From Chiloscyllium plagiosum (Eukaryota): a stretch of DNA of 64,000 bases. The stretch is taken from assembly GCF_004010195.1 (NCBI RefSeq), contig NC_057753.1, forward strand, positions 7,250,130 through 7,314,129. The letters are read 5' to 3'. Of the stretch, positions 10,735-24,290 are shown piece after piece. A program made the position numbers and the translations under genes. Each line of letters starts with the position of its first letter. The stretch's first letter is position 1. The notes beneath the pieces are model-generated. The model was not told the DNA's origin. It worked only from the letters and a program-made list of their open reading frames with translations, and ran no database searches.

Positions 10735-13599
10735 TCGAATGGAGTTGGGTGCTCGTTTATTCAATACAGCTTAGAAGGATGAGCAATGATCTGACTGCAA
10801 GGTATACTTTTTTAACGTTGCTGCTCTGACCGATACAGGGAGCATCCTTCGCTTGGTTTGTGACTCTTTCACCAGGTGTCGAAGTCTCAGGATATTGGGT
10901 AGGACTGAGATGAGGGAACATTTATTCAGTTAGAGAACTGTGAACATGTGGAGTTCTCACCTACAGCAGGCAATGGTGGTCACGTCACAGAATATATTCA
11001 ACAGATTGTTTTTAGTGTTTGTAGAGGCATGGCTGCCTTCGGCGATAGATGACATGGCCCCTCGGTTCAAGCATAAGTAGACATTGGCACGAAATGTTGG
11101 CCTTCTCTCCAACACCATTGGACATACAACAGTTGGTTACAAGCTTATTCGATTGGTGTACATCCTGACATGGAACATCTTGAGTGCCTGACTGACTGTT
11201 CCCAATACTCTTGACTACTACCAGATTCTGTCGCAAAGTTACTGTGCTGTGGGGCCCTGTGCAAAGGAACTCTCTTTTGACGAGAATGAGCTGAGTGAAA
11301 ACTTGACAACAATCCTGCTCTGGGTTCATGCGAAGCAGCAAGGCAAGACTGAAGTCTTCGGAGTCAAATGTCTTTATTTGAGGAGGCAAACAGCCCAGGG
11401 AACAGTGGACAAGCATTGTGTTTGACAATAAACAAAGGGCTCAGGGATGCAACCTTATTCCAAGTCATGAGCTAAATGCATTTCTTCCAGCGCACAATGT
11501 GTTCCTTGCTGGAGCATTTCACGTGGAACCTAGAAGTGCACAAGTGTGTTGTAAGTAGATCACAAGTGTGCCCGGTCTGTGCTTGCAGTTTGCCATACTA
11601 TAAATGCTCAGGCCTGGGTGTGGCATTGTGGGGAACGTTTAACATTGCATGATGGGGAAAAATGACTAATTCTTGACTTAAGGATCAGCAAATTAAACAG
11701 GTCTGTGGCAAAAGTTCAGAAACAGCTTTCACAACGAGTCTGAATGTAAACAGAATGTAAACAAGCTTGATAAAACGTCATTAATCTTCTTAATGGCTCC
11801 TTGTATAATTTGAACTGCAGAGTTTATCTAAACAAAATGTCCATGCAACAGAAATAGAGTCATAGAATGATGCAAACGATTAATGTTTGTAAAACTAGTA
11901 AGGCAAATGTTCAGCACGACAGATGACGTACATTTCATGAAATCTGCAATTTCTCAGCATATTTTACAATTTATGATATTACTCTTTTTCTTTCTAAAGA
12001 TGCAGTCGACTTGGAGAGTGCCGGGATCCTTTGATTTGTCCCTCTGTTAATTGTTTTAGCCATAAACACTGCATGTGGGTCTTTTAAAATAAAGACTGCA
12101 CGTTTGACAGTTCAAGTTAGCTTTTTTTAAAGCTTTCGCTGAGCTTTGAGTTTAATCTCACAGATTTCTTCCACTTAAAGTGCGTTTAGATGTGGGGACA
12201 TGGAGCTTTCTGGAAAAGGCGTGCATGGACCCATGGACCTTGTCATGAGATCTCGGGAACTGGTGTTCATCTGAGTGGATTTTCAGGGCAAGGAGCGAGC
12301 TGAGGTCACCATTCTCCTTCTCTATGTTGCATTATTGACAGTTCTTCTCAGCTACCTGGAATATCCAAACCACATCAGCGTTTAAAATGAGGAACAGTTC
12401 GGGTTAGGGTACCTTTTCAAACTATTTTGGGGATGCCCAGCCTCGCCATATCACCGAGAATAGCTCTGCAGTGAGATGATCCGTTTCTTGAGGTGGACCT
12501 CACAAAACATCACAGACAATTTTCCATAAATCTCATTACATTCCACGTCCCATAGAACTCAGTGGGAGTAACCTGCTTTACGCTACTCTCACGTTGTGCA
12601 AGCCCCACGATCGGTATCCTAGATCCAACGGCCTGACCAGTGAGGGTAAATTTGCTCAATTACAAACATGTTTCCAATCTAATTCGGAAACGTCTAAATC
12701 GAAGCTTAATACGAAGCCTAATTCGGGCCTGCAAGATTTAACACAGTTTCGTTGAAATTATCGGTGTTGGTTCTACAGTTAACTGACTAGCTATTTTGAA
12801 GTTGGAGAGAATGACAGAAATTATCTGAGTCAAATCTATTTCTGAATTAGATATTCGCAAATTGATTGTTGTCTTTCTCTTGAAGTCTGTCTCGGGACTG
12901 AATATAAGTAAACGCACTGACATAAAATAAATCAAAACTTTGAATGCAGGAGACCTAGAACAACCAAAATAAAAGGTAATGCTGGAGAAACTCATTATGT
13001 GTGGCGAGGTCGTGGAAAGAGAAAGATGCAGCGTTGGCATAACAAATCTAATGACCTTGAATTCTGTTTCTGTCTGTACAGATGCTGTGCTTTCTTTGCT
13101 GTCGCTTTCTGCTTTTGATCATTTACAGAAAAATGTTCGCGGAAACCTAAAAATATAGATGTTCTCCGTTGCATCTGTTTTGGCCCTTCCACGCACAAAA
13201 TCCCCAAAATATTTCAAAATATCAAATCAATGTTTTGAAACGTTGATTTTGTTTCGTAGAAACAGCTGTTAAAATGTAGCAAATATCAGAATTGACTAAG
13301 AAAACCTTAGTTTCCTGATCCAATTGAGAAGAACGGCTATGATGGCTGAAGATTGGGCTCCATCGATAGGGAAAGAGTTGAAACCAGGGTCATGCAAAGG
13401 AACTGGTTGTAAATAATATTGAAACAAATACAGAAATCTCTGTTGGGACTCAGCAGAATATTTCGAATCTGTGGGGGGAAGAGTGGTAACCCGCGTGAAA
13501 AATTATTCAAATTAATGAATTGACAACAAAGGTGCTGATTTGATTACCGTCTGTACCTTATCGTTTCGTATGTATGACACGTTCAGCAAACGGTTACGA

Positions 13600-15745
13600 C
13601 ATCCTTGTGCAGTTCAGGGCAATGAAAAAATATTGTACCGTCGCCTGAGCATTTCCTTCCCTGAGCTGACCACGAGTAGCGAGTCCGTGTGCCCCATGTA
13701 ACACCTTCAGTTTGTCTGCTCCCAGTGCTCTGGTGCACTTTGGCCCACTACACTTCTGCACTAACCAGCCGTGGTCTCCTTTTCTGTCTTGGAATTCTGT
13801 ATTCTAGATTACAATCTCCCAGACAATGTTTGCCTCTTTTCGTAGTACGCCTACACATATAAAACTTTTCATCATGTTGTCTTGCTACTGCACGTCTCTT
13901 AGCTTTCCATGACGAAACACTCCCGTCTGATCCTCGACCTGTTCAGGTTTTTCCTGCACCATTACGTCAATCAGGGTGTCTGCTAACTTAACTTCAACTC
14001 CTTCATCTTTCTCTACTTTTCGCTACGTGGTGTTCCTTATGATAGTCAGATCTAATTACTGCACAGTCTGGGAAAATACCAGGTTATTTCTATTTTAACT
14101 CTTCAGTTTCTTGGACATTCTTGGGCGTTTCCACAACATGGGGTGTCAGTCCCACATTGGATCTTGCCAAATCATTCCCAAGAACAAACTGAATTCCTGA
14201 AACTGACACTCTGTCAATCACTCCCATTGTAACATCCTCAGACTTAAGTTGATATTCCAACCAGATCTTACATAGGGGAACGCTAAGTTTCAGTCCATCT
14301 ATACCACAAATTACACACTCATGGCTTACAAATCAGTAAGACTGCGTATTTGCTCATCTTTCACGATCAATGACTGATGAGAACCTGCATCTCTGAACAT
14401 TAGGTTTTATTTGTATTTCTTCCCCGTTCTTTCGGAATAAACTTGAGTCACAAAGGCGAAATCTTTTTTGAGATAAGGTACTAACTCCATACTGAGCCCC
14501 TGCCTAGGCTGTGCTCTCTCCTGCTGCCCTTCGGCTCTTCTTGGGGTTATTTTAATACCTTCACGAATGTCTCTGGCTTAGCTTCGCTTACCACATTTTT
14601 TTTTCACAGCATCTTTCTTGACTGGGCAGCACTGCGAATTTACATGTCCAACTTCACCATAGTTGAAACACCTGATGTCTTACCCATCCTGTCGCTCCTA
14701 TTGGGCATCATTTTAAAAATCTTAACAGTGTTCTCCACTCGTGGTTAAGTATTTTAGGATCTCCCTTCTCCTAACTTCTATCCCTCACAGGTCGAAACTT
14801 TGTTCGCAATCTTGTTTTCTGAAGGAACGTGTATTCAGCTGCTAATTCTGCTGCCCTTCCCATTTCCTGAACTTTCTGTTACCCCACGTGAATTCTTACC
14901 AGTTTTAAAAGTGAGATTTTAAAATCATTCAGCCGAATAATCTTTCGGAGAGACTCAGTGGTCTTATCAATTTTTAAAGCAAGTACTCACCGAGCAAAAT
15001 GACCATATTTAATTCTTTCAAACTCAAGGTAAGTCTAACCTGTTTCCTTCGTTATGTTTGTGAACCATTGTGTGTATGCTTCCAATGCCAATTGATGAAC
15101 ACTTAAAATAGACTGTTTAACCTCTTCCTACCCCCTTGACACCTCATCTGACAGCGTGACAAGTACCTGACGAGCTGTGCCAAACAGTTGTATGTGAATT
15201 ACCATTAGCCATAAATCCTCCGACCATTCCATTATCCGAGCGAAAGTTTCAAATGAATGAAATAAAACTTCAAAGTCTTCTGCATTAAACCTTAGCAGAG
15301 TAGTGATATATTTACATATCACTGCCGATTCTTTTAATCTCATCCTGTTAACTTGTCTTTGCTGACGAAGCCACAACTATCCTGTTAACTTGTCTTTGCT
15401 GACGAAGCCACAACTTCTCAAGTTCAAACTCTCGCTCTTTCTGTTTTTCCATTTCTTCTTTCCATTTTTTTCTCCCTTGCTTCTCTCTCCCTTTCTGTCT
15501 CCCTTTCTTCACACTCTCTTTCTTTCTCCTGATCTTCTCTCTCTCTCTCTCTTTGCTCAGCGAAGAACCTTCTCTCCATCCCATTTCTCTCGCATTTGCT
15601 CTCTATCTCTATCTTCTCATTCCACTTTCCTCAATTGTAATTTATGTTTATCTTCGTCTGCCGCTAATGTCCATTTCTCTGACACACCAAAGCAATTCCC
15701 TGACAATTTCATCTTTACTTTCGTCCTCCGATAAATCCCAAACTA
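13600..15745 (-). mobile_element. Decayed Gypsy (Gmr1-like, SCAN-domain) gag-protease relic; paralog at ~34090-35340
   Basis: E/K/R-rich coiled coil; SCAN-like FHSFETFARIMEW; zinc-knuckle remnant RCFNYGEVGHVNSQC (~14630-14674); protease-like FRDAGSHQSL in the unit B copy. Confidence 0.7.
15342..15415. repeat. 37-bp perfect tandem duplication
   Basis: atcctgttaacttgtctttgctgacgaagccacaact x2. Confidence 0.93.
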
Positions 15746-16199
15746 CCTTCTGGATGTAGGTTTGCTCGCTGAGATGGGAGAGTTTTTTTTTAGACCTTTT
15801 GTCACCACACTATTTTGTAAATGAAATTTATTTTGCTTGCTTTTTGTATCGGGTCTTCCAAGTTCATTAGCTGCTTTTTTTATGTAAAATACTTGGCAAA
15901 ACCACTAAATATCACATTGGACCAACAGGAAGAAAATTAGCCACAAGGATACATGAACATCAACTTGCCACAAAATGACAAGAACCACTCTCATTATTAT
16001 CTTTACATATATGTGAGAACGGGAACCACTTCGACTGGGTCAACCACAGAAAATGATGTCACCGCAGGAAATAGCGTAGTCACAGGTAATGACGACACCA
16101 ACCGGCTTTGGGTGATTTCCAACACGCATTCAGCACTCTAAGTCATCGTGCAATACAAAACTAACCATAGTGGGAGTGGTATTAAAAGGAAATGGAAAT

Positions 16200-18120
16200 G
16201 TGAAATTTGAGACCTGACATCAGGTCTCATTTCAACTCCATTATGCTCTTCACTCCAACTGACAAGTAAGTGATTAACTAGCAAAGTTCAGATATCTCTT
16301 GTGACGATGCAGCCCCTTTTCCAAGGGTATTCTGTCCACGTTTTGTTTTATTTCAAAGTGTGCTTTAAAACAGAGGATCCATAATGTCTGGATAAATTTA
16401 TTGAAAAATCGTTCAAGTTTTATGTAAACACTTGTACAACGAATAACGGAATGGCCAGTTCTCAAAGTTCAGTGCACGAATTCGTTTGGTTTTGGACAGC
16501 TGTCTTTCTTAATGTACTGTTCAAGCTTTAGATGGGAACGCAAAAAAGCAGCTGAGGACCGAGTGAAGCAATTTCATGCCGATTGCAGCTCCTTCTGAAA
16601 TCTTTCCTGCAAGAACCTGAGTTTGAAAGTCCCTTTTTGCCATAGGGAGTTATTGGGACGTTACAAGAAATTGAAAGTGCATCATTAAGTTGTGACAGAG
16701 TCGAATGAGTTCCAAATATTTACGCGATTCTAAATTTGACTTTCTTTTGTTTGTGCGTAAATAAATTGTGTTTTGTTGAAAACAGAATGTTTGAGCGAGC
16801 TGCATCAGTCCCGAAATATCCATTACACAACCGCTTAAAAAAAAAACAGAAATCTTTGGATCTGGGCTACCTTTTTGAATTGTTGTGAGGGGGTCTGACT
16901 GCTACATGAAGACTGGGGTATCATCGCTGGATTTGCTTTCAGATTTTGATTTGGTATAAGGGTCGAAGGACTCAGTATAGGCGAGTGGTCGCTGTTAGAG
17001 TCTATTGTGCTGGGCATTGCAGTCGTTTGTTTTAAGCAGTACTTGATGTAGGAATGGCTTCTTCAGTCCACAAGAGATTTATGGGGATGGAAAAACTGAC
17101 TTTGTGATCTTTCCAAAATGCGATCAAGGAAAAGCCGCTGGAATTAGCAATTAAGCTGGAGTTGAATCTGCCTCCTTCCATGAGGAACGAAACGACAATT
17201 TCAGTATTTCAATTTGCATAAAACTCCATCAGAATCTTTAGATTTAGTGAAAAATTCAATTGAGAATGAAGCAGCTTGAGATACAGGCAAAAGAAAAGGA
17301 GCGAACAAGACTTGAAACTGTATGAATGACGATTAAGAGTCAAGTTAAGAGGGAAAAAAACCGAAATGTCCTTGCCGAATAAGAAAAGAAAGGTACACGG
17401 AGGAAAGGAAAGAAAGAGAAAGAGAGCTTGAACTGCAGAAATTGACCCTTAGACAGGAAAGTCAGCTTAAAAGAATGGTGATGAAGGCTGAAGGTAAGCT
17501 TAGTGTGGAAGAGAGGTGTATGAGCAAATCCATGGCAGTAAAACGCCTGTTGGGAATTTATTCAAATGTCTTCAATCAGGGACTCCATTGGTCTAGAAGG
17601 ATGTAGAAGCCTTTTTCCATCTCTTTTGACATGGTGGCCAAAGAAATGAAGGGGACAGTGACCATGTGGATTTTGCTTTTCGATTTGAGCTAGTGAGCTA
17701 CTTGCATCACTACCAGAGGAGGTATTTGGGCCGTATGAGGTGGTGAAGATGGCAATTTTAGGAGCAAATCAGCTTTTGCCAGAAACCTACAGGCAGCATT
17801 TCAGTAAGCTACGGAGAGACAATAGTCAAACCTACACTGATATTTAAAGGATAGAACGAAGTAATTTTAATAGGTGGATAATGGTATTAAAGATACAGCA
17901 AAACTATGACGCTTTTAGAGACAATATTATTTTGTTGCAGTTCAAAAAATCACTTCCTGAAGTCGTGGGAAATCATGTTGAAGAGCTGAAAGTTAAAACG
18001 GTAAGATTAACTGACGAAATGGCGGCTTGGTTGAATAATTAAATTTGGCTTCCAAGGTCGATTTCAATCTGTAAGGGACAGAAATAGGGCAAACGAACAA
18101 TCCTAATGTAGCAACGGAAA
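16200..18120 (+). mobile_element. Decayed Gypsy (Gmr1-like) LTR-like region plus gag relic
   Basis: SCAN-like DVEAFF...LPETYRQHFS (~17600-17806), heavily frameshifted. Confidence 0.65.
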
Positions 18121-19224
18121 GGCCTAAGCATTAAGTGTGTAAGCCCTGCCATTCCTTCTGTTGCCAAAACGAATGAAAGCATCTTTATCTAAATTAAACT
18201 CCATCTGCCACCCCTCAACTAATTGGCCTAATTAGTCAGGCTTTCTTACTGACCATGAATCCTAAATTCGCATCCGAATCGTTTACACAAAAGTCAAGCA
18301 ACAGTGGATACACCACCTACCCCCACATCTGATTACAGGCCACCAATCTCAAAAAAAAACAATTCCCACTTACCCCATTTTGTCTCCTACCGTCAAATCA
18401 AAATTCCATTCAATTGTCAAGCTCTCCTTGATTTCGGAATCATTTCACTTGGCTAAGTAGTCAACCATGCACAACCTTGTCAATGGCTTAACGAAAGTCC
18501 ATATGCACAAGTCCTACTGCCCTGCCTTTATGTATCTTTCGGTATATCGTGTCAAAAAATCAAAGAAATTTTTGAGTCACAATTTTCCATGAACAAACCT
18601 GTGTTGACTCTTCCTAATTCGTCGTTGTTTCTCCAAATGCATGTCAATCTGTCTGTCAGAATCTCCTGGCAAAAATTATTCATGAAGTTTTATGATTTTT
18701 GTTACCTTCTCCACCTTCGTATGAAGGTTTTTTAATAATAAAATTAAGAGAAAACCTCTTCATTCACCGCAAAATAAACTGATGATCGGACACATGAGGC
18801 AACGGATGCATTGTTGACTCTAGTTTAATGTGCATCGTGACCCCTGTGTTTTTCGTACTTTTTCCCATTGGCTTTCCAATGGTAGAATGTTGCAGACGTA
18901 ATCATTGTTAAAATCGCTCTGAAATGAAATAATATTTTGCACAGTAGGCATATGAGAATTCTGTTTATTTTTTAGTTGACATCAGCACCCGACATTTGTA
19001 ATTTCGTTCATCATCTTCTCAAAATCTCCCCCACTGCATTCAAAGCAAAATTATTTTTTTAATTCTGCAGTTAATTAAATTGCACCTCAACTTTCAATGC
19101 CTTGGTTTATTTGATGGAAAGATATTTTCAAACATGAAAAGATGTGAGATTTATGACTTCAGTAAGAAGTGTTTGATGCGTCCAAAATCAGAGTGAGCTG
19201 GCAGTTTCAAAGCTTACTGAGTAC

Positions 19225-19278
19225 ATTCTGAATTTTTCAAGACTGTTTACTATATTCTGAATTTTTCAAGACTGTTTT
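19225..19278. repeat. ~29-bp tandem duplication
   Basis: attctgaatttttcaagactgttt x2; single copy at ~40745. Confidence 0.85.
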
Positions 19279-19477
19279 ACACGTTTCAACAGATAAAATT
19301 CAACTGAATTATTTTATTTATTGTGACAACGTGTGCCTAAGTACAGCAAAATAATTTGTTTATTAGCCATACAGGATGATTAGAGTAAGCCAAGACATCC
19401 AGAGCATAGGGTTCATCGTGAGGCATACATATTACATCAGATTTATGGTTCTGTTCGCCGAGCTGGAAGTTTTTGTT

Positions 19478-19517
19478 GCAAACGTTTCGTCCCCTGGCTA
19501 GGCGACATCATCAGTGC
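19478..19517 (-). ncRNA. Minimal hammerhead ribozyme motif in the Penelope 3' end
   Basis: gca-CTGATGA-tgtcgcctagccaggggac-GAAACGTT-tgc on the minus strand. Confidence 0.75.
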
Positions 19518-21046
19518 TTGGGAGCCTCCTGCGAAGCGCTTCTTTGATGTTTCCTCCGGTGTTTATCGTGGTCTGTCCCTGCCGCTTCCGGTTGTCAGTT
19601 TCAACTGTCCGCTGTAGTGGTTGGTATATTGAGTCCTGGTCGATGTGTTTGTTGATGGAGTTTGTGGATGAATGCTATGCCTCTAGGAATTCACTGGCTG
19701 TTCTCTGTCTGGCTTGCCCTATGATAGTAGTGTTGTCCCAGTCGAATTCATGTTGCTTGTTGTCTGCTAAGGATAGCTGGTCGTGTCGTTTCGTGGCGAG
19801 TATCTGTTCATGTATGCGGATTGTTAGCTGTTTTCCTGTTTGTCCTATATAGTGTTTTGTGCATTCCTTGCATGGTATTTTGTACACTACATTAGTTTTT
19901 CTCATGTTGGGTATCGGGTCCTTCGTTGTGGTGAGTTGTTGTCTGAGCGTGGCTGTTGGTTTGTGTGCCGTTATGAGTCCTAGGGGTTGCAGTAGTCTGG
20001 CTGTCAGTTCTGAGATGCTCCTGATGTATGGTAGTGTGGCTAGTCCTTTTGGTTGTGGTATGTCCTCGTTCCGTGGTCTTTCTCTTAGGCATCTGTTGAT
20101 GAAGTTGCGCGGGTATCCGTTTTTGGCGAATACCTTGTTTAGGTGTTCCTCTTCTACTTTTTGCAGTTCTGGTGTACTGCAGTGTGTTGTGGCCCTTTTG
20201 AATAGTGTCCTGATGCAGCTTCGTTTGTGTGTGTTGGGATGCTTACTTTCATAGTTTCGGACTTGGTCTGTGTGTGTGGCTTTCCTGTATACCCTTGTAG
20301 TGAATTCTCCGTTCGGTGTTCTCTGTACCATTACGTCTAGGAATGGGAGTTGCCTATCCTTTTCTTCTTCTCTCGTGAATCGGATTCCTGTGAGTGTGGC
20401 GTTGATGATCCGGTGTGTTTTTCTATTTCCGTGTTTTTAATGATTACAAACGTGTCATCGACATATCTGGCCCAGAGTTTGGGTTGAATTTGTGGTAGGA
20501 CTGTTTGTTCTAACCTTTGCATAACTGCCTCTGCTATTCGTCCCGAGATTGGTGATCCCATAGGTCTTCCGTTGATTTGTTCGTATATCTGGTTGTTGAA
20601 TGTGAAGTGTGTTGTGAGGCACAAGTCCAGTAGTTTCAGAATGCCGTCTTTGTTGAAAGGTTCAGCGTCATGTTTTCTATTCTCAATGTCCAGTAGATTG
20701 GCTATTGTTTCTCTGGCTAGGGTTTTTTCAATCGAAGTGAACAATGCCGTCACGTCGAATGATATCATGGTTTCTTCTTTGTCTATGTGTATATTTCTGA
20801 TGATGTCAGAACATGAATTCGACTGGGACAACACTAATATCATAGGGCAAGCCAGACAGAGAACAGCCAGGGAATTCCTAGAGGCATGGCATTCATTCAC
20901 AAACTCCATCAACAAACACATCGACCTGGACCCAATATACCAACCACTACAGCGGACAGCTGAAACTGACAACCGGAAGCGGCACTGACACACCACTATA
21001 AACACCGGAGGAAACATCAAAGAAGCGCTTCGCAGGAGGCTCCCAA

Positions 21047-21086
21047 GCACTGATGATGTCGCCTAGCCAGGGGACGAAACGTTTGC
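21047..21086 (+). ncRNA. Minimal hammerhead ribozyme motif in the inverted Penelope 3' repeat
   Basis: Identical in sequence to the 19478-19517 motif, on the opposite strand. Confidence 0.75.
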
Positions 21087-21834
21087 AACAAAAATGTCCA
21101 GCTCGGCGAACAGAACCACAACAACGAGCACCAGAGCTACAAATCTTCGCACAAACTTTGAGCAGATTTATGTTTAAAAGTGTGGAATATTTATCGGCAA
21201 TGTTCTGATAAGTTCGGATGTAGGTCACTCACCGGGAGTCGCTCTGTGACAGCGCCACGGACAGCAAACGAATGCTATTCTTTGTATCTGCTTGTGTAAG
21301 GGTTGATAATCCGCTCCATCTATTATTTCACCGTAAGCGAATCGCAAACAGCGCATTTGTATGTTCAACAAGACCTGCAGCATTTGAAGAACATGGTGCA
21401 CCACAAGCTTAGTTTTAGGCAGTGACAAAGACATGCTAGCATTGAACCAAACATTAATTTTCGTCTTTAGAGCAGACAATATTGTTGTCATGAATGAGAG
21501 TAAAGGGAACAGAAATTGTTTTCTCATCATGTAACTGTGAAGTGTAACCATGGATTACAGTCCAAGAGCATGAACGAAGACATTTACTACGTGACTGAGG
21601 ATGACGTTTTTCATTCGGAGAATGGTGAGCCTGATCATTTACTGCTGCAGAGAATGGATGACGCCAAAACATTAAATGTTTCAAAACATAGCTCGGTTTA
21701 TATCTGAGGGCTTCAGGATACAAATGTAGAGGGAGCAAGAGCAATGGCATAAACATGTGTGGGATTGATGGTCAGAAATAAACATTTTGAATGTGGAGTC
21801 GACTTGATCGTCTGAACGTACTGTGAACACAGAA

Positions 21835-24050
21835 AAAATAGTATAGAACAGTACTGCAGAGTTCAGGCCCTTCGACCCTTTACGATGAGATGAGCTTTCA
21901 TCAGCTCATCGTACAATCAAACTGATTGACGTACCCTTCATTTTACTATCCTCCCTGTTCCTATACAAGAGTCGTTTAAACATCCCAAATGCATCTGACT
22001 CCATTACCACTGCTGGCAGTTCACTCCACGGACACATCACTTTCCATGCAAAAGGAACCTACTTCTGACATCTCGCCAAAAATCTTTCGCCAATCAATGT
22101 AAGGTTATGCACACTCGTGATATCTATTTCTGTCCTGGGAAAAACTCTTGGGCTACACACTTTGTTTATGCCTCTGATCATCTCGTGCACACCCATCAAG
22201 TCATCTCTCATCCTTCTTCGCTCGAATGAGAAAAATTCTCGCTCCCTAAACTATCTTCATCAGACACACCCTCCAGTCAAGGCAGCATTTTAGAAAATTT
22301 CCTCTGCAACTTCTCTACAGGGGCATATCCTTCCTATCACGAGGCGACCAGAACTGAAAACAATATTCCAGGTGTTACATAATTAGTGTTACATTCAGCT
22401 GCAACATAACAGCATGGCTCTGAAACTCAGTCCCCTGCCAATAAAAGACACCAAAGCGTTCACTTTTGTTAAGAATCCGATCAACTTGAGTGGCATCTTT
22501 GAGGGATCCGTGTACATGAAACCCATAACCCCTCTGTGCCCAACACTGCCAAAATCCTGACTTCAAACCTGTAACCTTCATTTAAATTGGAACTTCCAAA
22601 ATGAATCACTTCTCCCTTTTTTCAGTTTGATTGACATATTCCACTAATCTGACAGGGTCTGCTTCCTTTCAATGTCCCATTGTCAAATCAAAACAGGCCA
22701 CGACACTACCCACAACTCCACCACCTTTCTTGTTACCGGGAAACTTACTAATCAACACTTCCACTTCCTCATCCCAGACATTTGTGAAAATCACAAAGAG
22801 CTGAGGACCCAGAACTAACCGCATTGTAATTCTCCATCCCCCAATTAAATACGTTCCCATAATGTCTGCTTCTACCCCTCACCATGACTATTATAATGAT
22901 CAAGAGTTTTGATCACTATCACCGAAATGTTCTCCAACTTAGAGATATGCCACCTGACTTGACTCGTTTCCAAGCATTAAATCTATTGTGGCCTCCACTC
23001 TAATCATCTTATCTCCTCACTGAGAGAAGCATCCTTCGCAGACACAGCTGACAAAATTTGTCCATTCAATTTATTTTCCCCAAGGAGGTGCTAATCAATA
23101 TTAAGGAAGTTGATGTCAATCATAAGAACAACCCTGTTAATTTCGCCCCTTTCCAAAATCTGTCATCTAGTCTGCTCCTCCATTTCTCTGTTGATATTGG
23201 GAAGCTGTGGAAAACTCCCAACAAATTGAGTGTTTCTTTCCTTTTTCTGGCTTTCTTCAATACTGACTCAATAAGAAATCTCTCGTCGACAACCTCCCTT
23301 CCTGCAGCTGTGATGCTACCTCTGATTAGCAATTCCACTCCAGCACATCTTTTCCTCCCTCCCAATTAATTTGAAGCATGTAAACTGCAGAACATCCAAA
23401 AACCATTCCTACTCCTGTGGTCTAAGTTCATCATCCATATTGATAACTCTTTTGTGTTAAGATAACATACTACAATCAAACACACTGACTACAACGTTGA
23501 CCTGTCAAGTGTTTCTCCTCCCTCACAGACTCTGTTCTCGCTGTCACTGCCTGTTCACCAGATACCCCCAACCTTTCATACGTCGCTCCGGTTCCCATGC
23601 CCCTGCTGAACTAGTTTAAACCTTCTTGAAGAACTGTTGCAAACTTCCCGCCAAAGATATAGGTGCCTTCCGGTTCAGGTGCAACACGTCCCACCTTACC
23701 CAGAATTTATCGCAATGACGAACATATCTGAAGCCCTCCCTCCAACACCAGCTCTGCAACGAAGTGTTCAACTGCACACGCACTCTCTTCCGAGCCTCAC
23801 GACCATGGTACATGTAGCAATCCTGAGAGCACTACTCTGCTTGTCCTGCATTTTAGCTTCTGAACTAACTGCCTATATTCTTTTTTTCCCGTCCTCAATC
23901 TTTTCTAACTATGTCATTCTCATCGATGTTTACCACGACATCTGGCTGTTTACCTTTCTCTATTAGAGTCCTGTCAGCTCGATTCGAGTCATCCCTGATC
24001 CTGGCACTGAAGTGTGAACACAGTCTTGGGGAGTATTGTTCGCTAATGAC
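21835..24050 (-). mobile_element. Old decayed CR1 LINE (ORF1 esterase-like, endonuclease and RT remnants), part of the duplicated unit
   Basis: LNTSLQSWCWREGFRYV, GVELLIRGSITA, LGPQLFVIFTN; many stops. Confidence 0.8.
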
Positions 24051-24290
24051 AATCCTTCTTCTAAACATGTTCTTATATTCAATGTTTCTCTTTATGCACG
24101 ATTCATGAATGAACTTATCACTGAGTGTTTAGGTAGCATGCCTGTTTGTGCTATCAACTAATTAAGAAATATGTCCTGTTCCTACTGGTCAATGAACTAT
24201 ACTTTATTCAGTACCGCACAATAACCAGGATAGCAAGAAAATACCTTTTTTCGACTTTGTGCTTCTTAGAATTTACCCAGCATGGAGCTT

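Larger units (their letters stand above)
19448..21162 (-). mobile_element. Penelope-like retroelement (Poseidon type), 5'-truncated, with an inverted 3' repeat
   Basis: Minus-strand RT (FDVTALFTSI, MGSPISG, RYVDD) and GIY-YIG endonuclease (VVYKIPC...YIGQTG), with a frameshift near 20390. A plus-strand copy of the 3' end lies at ~20809-21162. TSD CAGATTTATG at 19438-19447 and 21163-21172. Absent from unit B (~40930). Confidence 0.92.

Noticed and set aside
15342..15415. CRISPR-like 37-bp repeat
   Set aside because: Two adjacent copies with no spacer, in eukaryotic DNA, with no cas genes.
15348..15734. E/K/R-rich and F/L/S-rich ORFs as host genes
   Set aside because: They are the low-complexity coiled-coil part of the Gypsy gag relic and its antisense.
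20337..21050. 237-aa ORF as a single protein
   Set aside because: It is a fusion of an antisense Penelope 3' repeat and an RT fragment across the inversion junction at ~20808.
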